This document shows, one piece after another, positions 51,401 through 63,136 of a DNA stretch of 64,000 nucleotides. Where the stretch lies: positions 5,521,181 to 5,585,180 of the forward strand of contig OZ316895.1 in assembly GCA_973895155.1 (NCBI GenBank), given 5' to 3'. The stretch's first letter is position 1, and every line of letters begins with the position of its first letter. The position numbers and the translations under genes were made by a program. Under the pieces are notes generated by a model that was not told the DNA's origin, searched no databases, and saw only the letters and a program-made list of their open reading frames with translations. Source of the stretch: Marsupella aquatica (taxonomy: Eukaryota; Plantae; Marchantiophyta).

Positions 51401-53071
51401 AAAATGGACATGCAAAAATTGTTGTGTAACGCAAACAAGAAAAGTTATCTGAAAGACAAGGTAAATAATGTTACAAGAGTATAGTTTAATGTTTTTATTG
51501 CACCAATTGGGGTTATCTGAGTCCATCTGAGCATCTTGTCAAACCTTTGTGTTATCCTGGCTTTCCATTCTGTCAACACACACAAACAATGCAAGGATAG
51601 AGACAAAGGTTCACAGGTAAGGTCCTTCCTCAGCACACTGATGGCCATGGTATGTTTTCATACTTTTTGGGGGGGAACTTGCGAAGTAAATGTTACAAGG
51701 GGAGGCCCACAAGTGGGACGCTCCCAGATTTTTGTGGTCACTGAAGTGCCACTACAGTCCCAAACGATTGGACTCAAAACACAGTACACATCCAATGGCT
51801 TTGGGCAGCCAATAGCACTGTCCACATTGATTTCCCCGTTGACAAGAAAATCCGTTTAATTTCCAGCAAAAACAGGTGGAGGTACATTTGGTGGCCCCCC
51901 ATGAGGACAAAAGTTAAACTCAAGATTTCTTATGTCCTAAGAGAACCAGGAGAGGTACCATGGAGCCCCATGATGGGACAGATGTCATGACAAATTTTTT
52001 GGGTGACACAACACCTGCCGTTGGACCCACACGGTGACCACTTGAACCCACTTCACAGAATTGCAGAGGTAACTAGGTTTGCCCAAATAATCATTAAATA
52101 GAAAATTGGAGCCCAGCTTTGAATGTGACGCTCCAAAAAAGGTGGGTCTGAAACACAAGCCGGCAGTTTCAGGAAATAAGGAGTAGATTTAATTCCAGAC
52201 ATGTCAGCCTGAAAAACTTCACAGGAGGTGAAATGCCCCCAAAGAGAGTGTCTATTGCGGGCATAGGTCTTCATTATCCTTTGTAGAGGAGAGGTGGTTG
52301 GAGTTTGGGCATCTAGTCAAATTCTCTCGCTTGACCCTCCTATGCAGTTCACGCCTGAGCTTTATCAGGCTCTTCAATTTGCCACTGGGTAAACTTTAGG
52401 TTAGTGTGTCTTTGGTTTTCTTTGTGCTGGGCTTGTGGCTGATCTTTTTGGCTTTCTGGCCTTTTTCTTGTTTACCCTTGATTGGGTTTTTGGCCTGTGA
52501 GATCTTGTCTCCTGGTTCACCACCTCCTGCTTTTTGGCAGTTTAATATATATAGTAGACTGTCCACACATTTTTGGCTAGGTATGAGTGAAACATCCATA
52601 AAATTAGAAATTGTTTTGGCCAGGAACAATTAAAATGGCCACCCGGAAAGTTTGGAAGCCAGTCCAAAAAACTTTTTGAGGACCAAGTCACCACTACAGT
52701 ATGTGAATGTTGGAACCCAGGTTTGTGGATGACTGAAGCGTGAAATCAGTGTTATGTCACTAGTCTTCATTGTATGGTCATCGTCAACCACAAGTCACTA
52801 TTAATAGTTGACTCCTGAAATCATGCGGCAAAAATAGCATCATTCTAGAGGACAGGGAAGTAGAAAGTGAACAATGGAGACTATGGATACTTCTCCCTTT
52901 GTTTTGACCATTGGTGGTTCATATATTCCCTCGCTCCTTGCTAAGTGTATGAAATTTTGGGCCAGTACCTTCCAAAATAACAGGCCCCAAGTGATTGACC
53001 TCGAGATTATTGGGAAGACTATCCAATTGCGTTTTTGTACGACTCACTAAACTCTGGTTCAAGAGACTAGC

Positions 53072-53250
53072 CTACAGTTGGTGACAAATCTGATTTTATT
53101 TTATTTTAGTTGCCCTTCTTCTTATTTAATCATTGATGAATCACTAAGCAGCGGTCTCTGGTACAAGAGCCGTTGTCTACAGTTTGTGACATATCTGATT
53201 TTATTAGGTGCCCTTCTCCTTTTTTAAACATTGATGAATTACTAAGAAGC
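53072..53250. repeat. ~85-100 bp degenerate tandem duplication
   Basis: CTCTGGT.CAAGAG...CTACAGTT.GTGACA.ATCTGATTTTATT...TGCCCTTCT...CATTGATGAAT.ACTAAG occurs twice. Confidence 0.75.
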
Positions 53251-55329
53251 TCCCCCATACATTTATGGCGAGAGTAGCCAGTTGATTGCTGATTTTGTCA
53301 CTGATGTTTTTACAAGAACAGTAGAGCATGAACAACTTGTAGTAAAGAGATTGTAATTAGGGCTGTGGCCAAACCTTGCATTCATACTATTAAATACAAT
53401 GAAAACTATCATAACCAAAACGAAGATGAAAGGTATCGATGAACAAGAAAGTCGTCCCTGTTCATTGAAGGGCGGAGATTGTGTCCATGGTCAAAGATGG
53501 GTGAAAGCATATGGGCTACTCTTATGGTTCTGTCACATCCCATTTTCAAATACTTTACCAAGAAGTGGAAAGAACTGTAGTTTTAAGTGCAATCACCCAG
53601 AAGATGCAATTCCAACATTAGTGCAAACCATACATAAGTCCAGGATGAGTTATGCACTGTTTAGCTGGAAATCTAGAAAGCATACGCACAGGAAGTTTAA
53701 ACAGCGCTCATAATCCTAACGTACTAGCTTTCTCGGGCATTTATATTCCATTAAGTTTTACTCGAGAAGCGACAGTGAGGAATATGAGGGCTGTCAAAAC
53801 CTCGAGAAAAACTTTACTTCGTTTTCTGTGATTGTGGCCTGAATCCATTGACGATTACACACCCTCTATTCATATCGATTCAGCAGTAGGCATTGAGCAA
53901 TCAACAATTAAGTTCAATTGAAACCACTGTGTCGTAAAAACTCAGAAACTGATATTAAGGATTGCTAATCTTGGAGGAAGTTGGTGAAGTTGGAGCACAT
54001 ATAGCTAGAGTTTGCTAACTGTGGCTGCTCAAATTCAGTATGATCTGGAGAAACTCTTGTAAGACATGTGATGGCAATTCAAATCGAACCAACTCAACCA
54101 CTCCAAAATAAGAAACGAAAGTGCAAAGCCAGAGCATGATAAATGAAACCAAAGAACAAAATGATGTCCCTTCAACGCGCACAGCAATCAATTCTGTTGA
54201 TCGAGGGTAAGACGAGGAACTTTTCTTGCCAGATACATGGAGGACCAATGTTCTCGGTTTGGTGTCTCTTCAACACAACTAGTAGTCCATTTAAGAAGGT
54301 TGTATAAATATTGACGAGCTTCTTACTCTCCCGATTCTGGTGCTCCATTCGAAGTGTCTAATGTTTCGTCCACAGCTGAGAACTTGTCGTAGGCAATCAA
54401 AGGTCAATCAATTAATTCTCTGGCATATATGATGGGCTTATTAATTCTCCCGTCGAAACCTCATAGTCCTTCACATAAATCACACCTAACCTAGTGATCA
54501 GCTATCCATTCTCGATGCATTGTGGGCTAAGTGCGAACCCATAGGGTGATTGAACAGCTTATGTACAATAACAAAAGCGATTGCTCACGAAACCTATGAG
54601 CAATACAATTTGCTACATGCAATCCTAACCACATAGTTTGTGTCCACTCCAACGGAAACGATCCACAGGGGACATCAATCAAGACACTGGCTATGAAGTT
54701 AAGAGCCAGGAAGAGACATTTCTGACAAGCATCCAGCAAGGCAGGCACTAATTGTCCGGATAATGCCAGCATGATAAACGAGTACTTACTGAATGCATGA
54801 TGATCGCACTCTGGCTTCTCAGATGATGCAAGAAGTCACCCTGAACGCATACCTGGCTTTCTCCCTCAAATCCAAAGGGAGAGAACACCTGCTTTGGCAA
54901 AACGATGACTTGAGAATTTTTTTCCAGTGAATCCTCATGAGCTAGACAACACGCTTGAGAAGAGAATAAAAAATCGATCACAAAGCATAGGAAAGCGGTA
55001 GAGATCTCTCACTACAAACCGCATAAGATTAGAGAGGGGGCCATGTAGCGATGAAAATCCTGCCGAGCTCCTGGTACGTTTAGAATTTCACATAACATAC
55101 ATTGAGAATTTCACACAACGCTATGCTTCACACGTACGTGCATACTAGATTGCGGACAGCGCTATTAACATCTCAGTAACCGAATAACAAATTAGATTCC
55201 CTGTCAACTCTTGGAAACAAACTACAGCAAAGTACAGGATAGGGTCAACTAACCTTCCTAACCTTCCTTTCCACTGGCAAGTAAAGTCACCTCCTCATGT
55301 GTGAAACACAAATGTTATTGTGGCGATTA

Positions 55330-56607
55330 TCACAACCCTCTACGTAGGATTCCGGAGAGCCACAACTTAGCGTCCATGAAGTCATCTTCAACTCCGTGTT
55401 CAGCCAATTTGTACCACTTGGTGCGCACAGTGGTCACCTGACCAGATTCGTCCATTTCAAACCTGCACTCCCCTGACAGCAGGAGTTTCATTGACTGGTT
55501 CTCCTCAGAATGTTTCTCAAGACGTGGCGAGTTCCCGAGCTCTGGACGATGACATCTAGCCCACCATTCTATCAGTCCCAACTGCCCTACGCTCGTTGGT
55601 AAATCATTTGTCAAAGTGGCTGTCCATTGCGCATACACCCACCGATTGTAAGGATTCTTCACGGTATTCTCATAATAGATATCATGAAGTTTAACAACCA
55701 CTCCCGACAGACCCAACAGCTGCACCCACTCGACCAACATATCTCTTCCACGGAAGCAAAGGAGGGGATTCTGGAGTTCCACCTTCTCATAAAAGAGCTT
55801 CACAATGGTATCCCATTTCTTCTCATCAGAACTTATTTCAGCCACGGGTCCCGACATAACATCCTTCAGCATGTACATAAGGTCTTCCACCTTTTCCCTC
55901 ATAGTCACGTCTCGTGAGGGAATTGGTGGAGGGGGAACATAAACGGCCGGCTCCTCCGCCTCCTCTAATATATGCACATCTTCCATATATGATGATCCCT
56001 GGGTTGTAGTAGTCAGTACAATTGTCTTAGAAGGGGCATTTTCCAACCATGCAAAAACATCAGAACTCTCCAAACCAACTTCCGCAGCTAGAACTTCCAC
56101 ATTGACGCAATGGGCTCCAAGCTTCGAAGCAGCAATCATCTTCTTCATCTGCCATGAAGCTAGATACACTACTCTCTGGCCTTCCTCTTCTAAGGACTCT
56201 GCGTCAATGCCAATCTCGTCCTCGTCTACCACTGCTTCATCCGAGGACAGGAATAGACCTTCCAGTGAAACTTCAGCTGCCACACCATCATTCCCCTCCT
56301 CTGTACTCTCGTGGAGCCCAAAGCCGCCAAAATTCATGGCAATTCTCTGACGCCCTGGGAACCTGGGGTCTGAAGCTCGATGCGCTTCTGCCCCATCATT
56401 CCCTGCCAACAATGCCCAAATTGTCGGCCTGTATTGAGCATTTCCTGATGTTCTGAGAACGGGATTTCTCCAGACTTGCACCAGGCTGGGCGATGCGCGA
56501 GTTGGAGCTGATGAACATGCTGAAGAATTGAAGGTGGGTAGCTGACGAGGGAGGTTGGTGTCCAAAGGAGCCGCTGCAGCCAGAGATGTTGTTACAGTAG
56601 CGGCCAT
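55330..56607 (-). CDS. Intronless 425-aa protein: predicted plastid transit peptide, acidic tract, OCP3-like helical module and C-terminal SnoaL/NTF2-like domain
   Basis: Single long ORF with good start context (GCCCATGGCC). MAAT/Ser-rich N-terminus. aa ~149-198 LASWQMKKMIAASKLG..VEVLAAEVGLE..V..WL..P resembles the OCP3 central motif (from memory). aa ~265-400 LFYEKVELQNPLLCFRGRD...WTA...LSGECRFEMDESGQVT..RTKW fits a SnoaL/DUF2358 pattern. Confidence 0.75.
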   Translation of the reverse strand: MAATVTTSLAAAAPLDTNLPRQLPTFNSSACSSAPTRASPSLVQVWRNPVLRTSGNAQYRPTIWALLAGNDGAEAHRASDPRFPGRQRIAMNFGGFGLHESTEEGNDGVAAEVSLEGLFLSSDEAVVDEDEIGIDAESLEEEGQRVVYLASWQMKKMIAASKLGAHCVNVEVLAAEVGLESSDVFAWLENAPSKTIVLTTTTQGSSYMEDVHILEEAEEPAVYVPPPPIPSRDVTMREKVEDLMYMLKDVMSGPVAEISSDEKKWDTIVKLFYEKVELQNPLLCFRGRDMLVEWVQLLGLSGVVVKLHDIYYENTVKNPYNRWVYAQWTATLTNDLPTSVGQLGLIEWWARCHRPELGNSPRLEKHSEENQSMKLLLSGECRFEMDESGQVTTVRTKWYKLAEHGVEDDFMDAKLWLSGILRRGL

Positions 56608-57157
56608 GGGCTCACTCCAGGACCCTAATTATCGAGGTCTTCTTCATCTATCACTTCCAAAACCCTGTTCAAACGCTCCATTCGGTATGCAAACTGCACA
56701 TACATTATTGAAGCTTGACGATAACAAAGTAGTCTGGAGCTTACCTCGACATCATAATTCTGTCAGGCAAACTTCCCCGTTGATCCAAGTCAACTTGGCT
56801 GATCCTGAACAATGCCTGTGACTCAACTGACAGATTGTTGCAGCCGGGGTTTGTTACGGGCATGCAGTTTGCACCAGAGCCCACCACAATGCAAGGTGAG
56901 ATGGAGCTGGACATCTTGATTCAAATGAACAGATTTGCCAGCCACTGAATCTCGCCCAGTTTCGTAGCACATGGACCTAGTATCCTACACAGCAGTGTCA
57001 TACCCAGAGCTCGTCCACAGGCCATCATCCAGTGACACTATGCAATCCAGTGAGTCTGCCCATGTCCTCCCAAGCTATAAAAACTCAATTCATGCTAGGC
57101 CTGGTTGGCAAGCAAGAGAAGAGTTTGTAAGGGGCACTCACACAACGAGAGAGGTAG

Positions 57158-57500
57158 CAATTTCCATTTTGTACTTGAGAGAACCAATTTCCATTTTGTA
57201 CTTGAGAGGACCAATTTGCATTTTGTACTTTAGAGGACCGGTTTGTATATCCTACTTGAGGGGACCAATTTGCAATTCTACTTGAGAGGACCAATTTGCA
57301 GTTTCAAGTAGGACCAGTTTGTATTTTCTACTTGAGAGGACCAATTTGCATTTTCTACTTGAGAGGGAGGACCAGTTTGCATTTTTTACTTGAGAAACCC
57401 AGTTTGCATACTTTCTACTTGAGAGAACCAATTTGCATATTTTACTTGAAAGAACCAATAAGCATTTTTTTACTTGAGAAACCCAGTTTACATTTCTTAC
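57158..57500. repeat. ~26-30 bp minisatellite x ~12
   Basis: Unit approx. TACTTGAGAGGACCAATTTGCATTTT. Confidence 0.92.
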
Positions 57501-57969
57501 TTTGTATCTCTCACTTACACTGTAGATTTATGCTATTTGGCTAAGTTGATTTTGCAAAATGAGAGGTGGCAGCTTGGTGTGAAACTTTATTATTCTGAAG
57601 TCTCTCTCTAAGTGCACACTCTTGCGAAGAAGCATCTGCACTTAAACTGCCACAGCCCAGGAAGCAAAACTTGATGGATCCAGGTTATCATAATTAGTAA
57701 ATAATGTTCTAACCTGGGTTTGCACTGCCATACTTGGAAAACCTTGCAAGTGGGCATTTATCCATAAAAGTTACAGTGTCTTCATCTACAATGGGCCCCT
57801 ATGTTGCTGGATATTCTAGTGACTCCCAACCTCAACCTAAATTATACATCCCTGCTCTAAACGTGGTCCTCTACTCCATATTTTGCCCTAGAGAAAAACG
57901 TCATGTGCTGATCAGTAAGTGGAAGTTAATGGAATTGTGCACTTACCAATATATGTTCATGTACACCTT

Positions 57970-58086
57970 TTGTCATCCATTTTAGTCATCCATTTTAGTA
58001 TCCATTTTAGTCATCCATTTTGCCATCCATAAAGTTTTAGTCATCCATTTTAGTCATCCATTTTTGTCATCCACTTTTAGTCATCA
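57970..58086. repeat. ~13-bp minisatellite
   Basis: GTCATCCATTTTA repeated about 8 times with variants. Confidence 0.9.
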
Positions 58087-58894
58087 TTCAGTGAAAGTTT
58101 GTTTGGCCAGTTTGCACATACAAAATTTTTCAAAAAATGTGCAAAGCCACAAACAAACAGAGAAGAACACAACACCTTGCATTTAGTTAGGGTTTGCACT
58201 TATATAATATGCACTTATGGAGCTACTGAGATGTAAACATGGGATGCAAGGAGGAACATAGACGGAGTTTGACAACATTGACAAAAAGAGAATACAGCCT
58301 TGGAAAAGAGACCAAGGAAAGCTTGGTCATAGTGGCCCGAAAAACATTTGATGATGCCTACCATCGGCTCAAGCACAAGAATGTCAGTGAAAGCCTGAAA
58401 AACATTTGTAGTGCCTAGGTAAAGATGTGGTTTCATGCATAGGGTTGGAGATATGCTTTGTTGAGGGTGACTCTCAGGTTAGAGGGTATAGTATGGAGTG
58501 AATTCAAAGGACACTTAGTTTTTTGAATTGAGCATGTTGGGCTGGAAGTTAATCTTGGTAATGAGTAGTGCTCCTTGGCTATGGTGGTTATGGTTAGCTT
58601 CCACCTATAGTAGATTTTTCCATTGTGTAATGGGTCTGACTGTTTATGATTTTATACATATTTTATGATAATATATTTTTTCACTGATTTAAGTTCTGGT
58701 ACATTTGTATTTGAGTATGCTTTCTTCCACCTATGTTATGTTAAATCAATGATCTAGGTAATGATCTAGGTTGTATGACAATGTGATGATTTGCTTGACA
58801 AAGATAATATTATATCCAAAGAGCATGTTTTAATATTATCCAAGCTCAAAGGTTTATATGAGATCCCATCCGAGCTTCCTTCATACTTGACAGT

Positions 58895-58978
58895 TGGGCC
58901 CAGGCATTAGGGTTTCTGGAGTCTCTCGGATTTCCTCACCAGTGAGGGCTTCACTAGGTATTTAGGGTTCAGGGTTTA
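58895..58978 (+). promoter_or_regulatory. Site II plus telo-box promoter module of RH57
   Basis: TGGGCC at 58895-58900, then TTAGGGTTT (reverse telo-box AAACCCTAA) at 58907-58915 and TTTAGGGTTCAGGGTTT at 58961-58977. This pairing is established for plant translation and ribosome-biogenesis genes. Confidence 0.7.
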
Positions 58979-59142
58979 TGGCTACACAATGTACAACAGG
59001 AATGCAAATCCTACGAATCCCCTATGTCGAACACGTTGGAAGCGGCGCGTCTTGGTGTCACGCTGAGGGATTTGCGATCGATGAATCTCCTATAATTGGA
59101 GAGCAGGAGAGGATGAGAATGTCTTGTTGAAGACTGTGAGGC

Positions 59143-62100
59143 ATGGATTCTTCCGTCCTCTTTTCGGGCTTGCGTTTCGACAAGAACCGGTTTGGAACTG
59201 ACGTTCGTCGATTCAAGGTGAGCCTCAGGGAACGAATTGCGGCTTTTTTGTTGGCATCGGAGTGCAGCGGATGCTTCTTCGTCAGGTCTTCCCCGTCTCT
59301 TTTCTGTCGTTTGGGGGTTTCTTTCGAATAGGGAACTGTTGTGGACGCGTTGTTAGCTCGTTCCAGTCAGGTGACGGTGCAAGATATACGTTCTTCGTGG
59401 CGTGAAGGCTTCCTAGAGGTTTCTGGCAATTTTGTTGTTTCATTTCTTGACTACATTCACCTCATGGATTGGCGAAGAGTAGGCATCCAGCTCGTGATGT
59501 TCCAAGGCCTAAGACTTGATTCTAGTTGTGCCCTAGAGGTCACTCGGGATCCTTCTTCTTAATGTTTCGATAAGATTCAACTATAGGATTGGCGGAGATT
59601 AGGGGTCCAACGGTGATTTTGTCTGGCTAACCGTACCTTTGCTTTGTGAACAGAGGGACGTAGAGGCTCAGATCACTGACGTTCATACAATTTCTGTGAA
59701 CGGACACTCCGGGAAAAATCCACCTATCCCACGGGATGCTGTAACGGAGGGAAGCATAGAAGGCAGAGGGCTTGTCAAAAAGAAGGTCTCCAACAGTAGC
59801 ACCGAGAATGGACCTGGTATGCCATTATTTTGAGTGAGTTGTGCTCAGGTTGATGTAGTTGTACGCGAACACCTGCACTCGTTATTCGTGATTCACACCC
59901 ACTTTTGAAAGGATGTCCTATATTGTTGTCGGTTCTTCTCACCCAGTGCATAATGCAATGCAGGGGTGTTCAACGTGTTTCAACCAGTTCCTGAGAAACA
60001 TTCTCCCGATGACATCCCGTTGGAGTTGCCGGTACCGAAGCAGAGTGGAAAATCCGAGGCCAGACTAGAAGAGGAAGCGGGAGCTCTGCGGAAGAAATTT
60101 CGTCTCCACGTTGCCGGACAGAGCGTCCCGCCTCCATTAAGAGACTTCGAGCAATTGAGATCACAGTATCCTACTGTCAACGTGTTATGCATTTTTTTTC
60201 TTCGTTTATTGTTGGATACACTTACGGTTAGAGTCGTCTCAGAGGTTGCGTATCTAACCGTAAGTCTATCAGTATCAGACAGTGCTCTCAGTATTAGCTA
60301 TCGAGGTGCATCCTTGACATATACACGGATATAGGTGCAAGAAACTTCTTCTCAAAAGGATATCTGAAGCGGGTTATGCTGAACCCACCCCGATCCAGCG
60401 TCAAGCAATCCCTGTTTTACTTGGCCGTCGGGAATGTCTCGCTTGCGCTCCTACTGGTTCCGGGAAGACTCTGGCATTCATGCTCCCGATTGTGATGAAT
60501 CTGAAGGTGACTTCTTGAAATTGATGCCACCAACTCTAAGCAGTTTTTGCAATGTGTAAAATTAGATCTGGATGTGTACAAACTACCTTAATTTCGGTAG
60601 CTGATATGGAATTCAAGGAATGTTGATGTTCATCACTTGTAAGTTTCTCCTGAGACCAGCGCATGCCTTCTCACTGTTTTACTGAATGTCTTCTCAGGCG
60701 TCTAGCTCTGAGTGCATCAGGGCAGTCATTTTGTGTCCCATTAGGGAGCTTGCTGCACAGACTGCGAGGGAGTTTCGAAGGCTTTTCCCTGGTAAAGAAC
60801 TTCGCATAAGGGTTCTGACGACTGCCCTATTCAAGAACGCCGATTTCAGTTCGTTGCCATGTGACGTGCTTATCACAACTCCTTTACGGTTGGAGCACCT
60901 CATTAAAGACAAGAAGATAGACCTCAGCAGGTAAAGAGTCGGATGTCATTGTGGTCCATCCTTTCACTTTTGTATGGAAATTGTAAAGGAACAGTGATGG
61001 GTTACAGGGTCTTCATTGCAATGATGAATTCTCTACAATATGTCTGGACTTCTGAGGAACTTAAGTGGTCAGTGTTGACGAATTGGAAAGTTCTGAGCAA
61101 TGAAGGCGACATTGTCACATTGTTGATTTCCAAGTTTCTAAGCAATGCATTGATTTAAACGTCTCATGGATCTCACTCTACAGACTTGCGTTCATTCTGT
61201 TGAACTTATCTGTTGTTCAATGGGTTGGCCATCCGTGGGTCGGTCTTGACCACAGTTTCTAGAAGTCGTTGGGCGCAATCTTAATCTATCTCTACTTGTG
61301 GTCGTCTAACAGAGTGGAATATCTCGTCATGGATGAGTCCGACAAATTGTTTGAGATGGGTTTCGTGGAGCAAATCGACTCCGTTGTAGCTGCTTGCTCG
61401 AATCCCAAAGTTCTCCGCGCTCTGTTTAGTGCTACATTGCCGGACACCGTTGAGGAACTGTGTCGCACCATCATGCCTCACCCGATTCGAATAATTGTCG
61501 GTGAGAAGTGAGTGACGGACAGTCCTACCCAATTGTCATGCTGGTGATAACGATTTTGAAGTTCTTGCGCACTTTTTACCAGCATTTGAGCAGTCGACTG
61601 TGTCATTGTGTCTCTGCCTCTTGGAAGTGCGCAATGAGATCAGTTGGCAGTGCTTCTGTGTTAAATAAAGGTGCTATATTGATGTGATGGATCTTACCAA
61701 CCCGAGGCTTAGGACACCCTACCTTGGTGTCAAATGGTCCTACCGACATGGTCAATGATTATTTTCAAATGCATTGATGCGACGATCTTTCGTTAAGGTC
61801 TTTGGATGTGGAATTGACATTGTTTTTTCTCACCCTAATCGTCCCTCCAGGAATTCTGCTACGTCGACCGTGGACCAGAAGCTCTTGTACGTCGGCAGTG
61901 AAGATGGGAAGCTTCTTGCACTGAAGCAAATATTTCAGAAGGTGCGAAATAGATTCTGAAATCCCTGAAGTTCTGGTACGGTTTGTCCAGTCCTTGGATA
62001 ACGTAGGGATCCCCTGTGGTGGATAAACCATGAACACACCATCTGTGTGAGTCACTGCTATCTCAACGATGACAAACATAGGGACGGGCGGTCAGAATTG

Positions 62101-63136
62101 ATGCCATGTTGATTGTCCATTTCAGCTCCGTGCTGGTCCTGAGAGATTTGCAGTGATCTCCGTCCGCTTTTTGGTTTAATGTGTGATTTCTGTAGGTTTA
62201 GAAGGAATTTTGGAAATCATATGCGTCTTCTCTTCGTGACATGGGACTGACGTTACAGAGCATGTGATCATCTAAATGTGTCTCTACACCGAAAGGTCTT
62301 GGACTATGTGTGGACCAATCTGTGTTTGGTCTATCTGATCTTCTTTTGTGCTCTGGTGTCAGTCTCTACATTTGTACTTCTGCTTCCTACCTCCTCATCC
62401 TCGAAAGTAGTGCTCCGTTCAGATAGCAGATGATGATTGAAATCTTATTCTACACACCGAAAGCCATTGGCTTAGTGCGGAGAAATCATTCACCTCTGAC
62501 AAACTGATGCTATCTAAGTCTGAGACCATTGCTTCTAGTATGGATACCTTTACCCCCCTCCCGATGTCCTCACTTGGCGTTAGCACGAGATGTGTACCTA
62601 ATTAGAAATTGATACTATATTTCATGGTTCGGAAGGTTTAGCGAGAACTTCGTGTATTTCTGAAAGCTTTAATGCCCACCACGTTCATTCTGCAGAGTTT
62701 GTGTCCTCCCGTTCTGCTCTTCGTCGACAGTAAGGAACGTGCAAAAGAACTTCATCGTGAGCTATCATTTGAAAATATTAAGGTTGACAGCATTCATTCT
62801 GATCGAACTCAAGAGCAGCGGACTGGGGCTGTGGAGAAGTTTAGAGAGGGCAAGACCTGGGTTTTGATTGCAACCGACCTGATGGCAAGAGGAATGGATT
62901 TCAAGGGTGTAAATGGCGTTATAAATTATGACTTTCCGCAGTCTACGGCCACTTACATCCACAGAGTTGGGAGAAGCGGAAGAGCTGGAAGATCCGGGGA
63001 GGCCATAACTTTTTACACTGAAAAAGATGTTCCACTTCTGAGATCTATAGCGCACGTTATCCGTGGAGCTGGGTGTGAGGTACCCGAATGGATGCTGGCC
63101 CTGCGTAAAGTGAAGCCGAAGAAGCGGAAGAGATAG
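59143..63136 (+). CDS. RH57: DEAD-box ATP-dependent RNA helicase 57 (DDX52/ROK1 orthologue), 8 exons
   Basis: N-terminal [15 protein letters not shown]; Q motif [11 protein letters not shown]; APTGSGKT; [10 protein letters not shown]; TTPLRL; DESD; FSAT; [16 protein letters not shown]; [13 protein letters not shown]. Exons: 59143-59217, 59654-59816, 59964-60165, 60329(or 60335)-60506, 60698-60930, 61313-61507, 61851-61941, 62696-63136. Confidence 0.95.
60166..60328 (+). other. U12-type (minor spliceosome) intron in RH57
   Basis: 5' splice site GTATCCT (U12 consensus RTATCCT), branch site TCCTTGAC at 60311-60318 (U12 consensus TCCTTRAC), and no polypyrimidine tract between branch site and 3' end. 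Confidence 0.8.

Noticed and set aside
56971-57544. ORFs with ILYLRGP / NWSSQV repeats
   Set aside because: Artefacts of the ~27-bp minisatellite.
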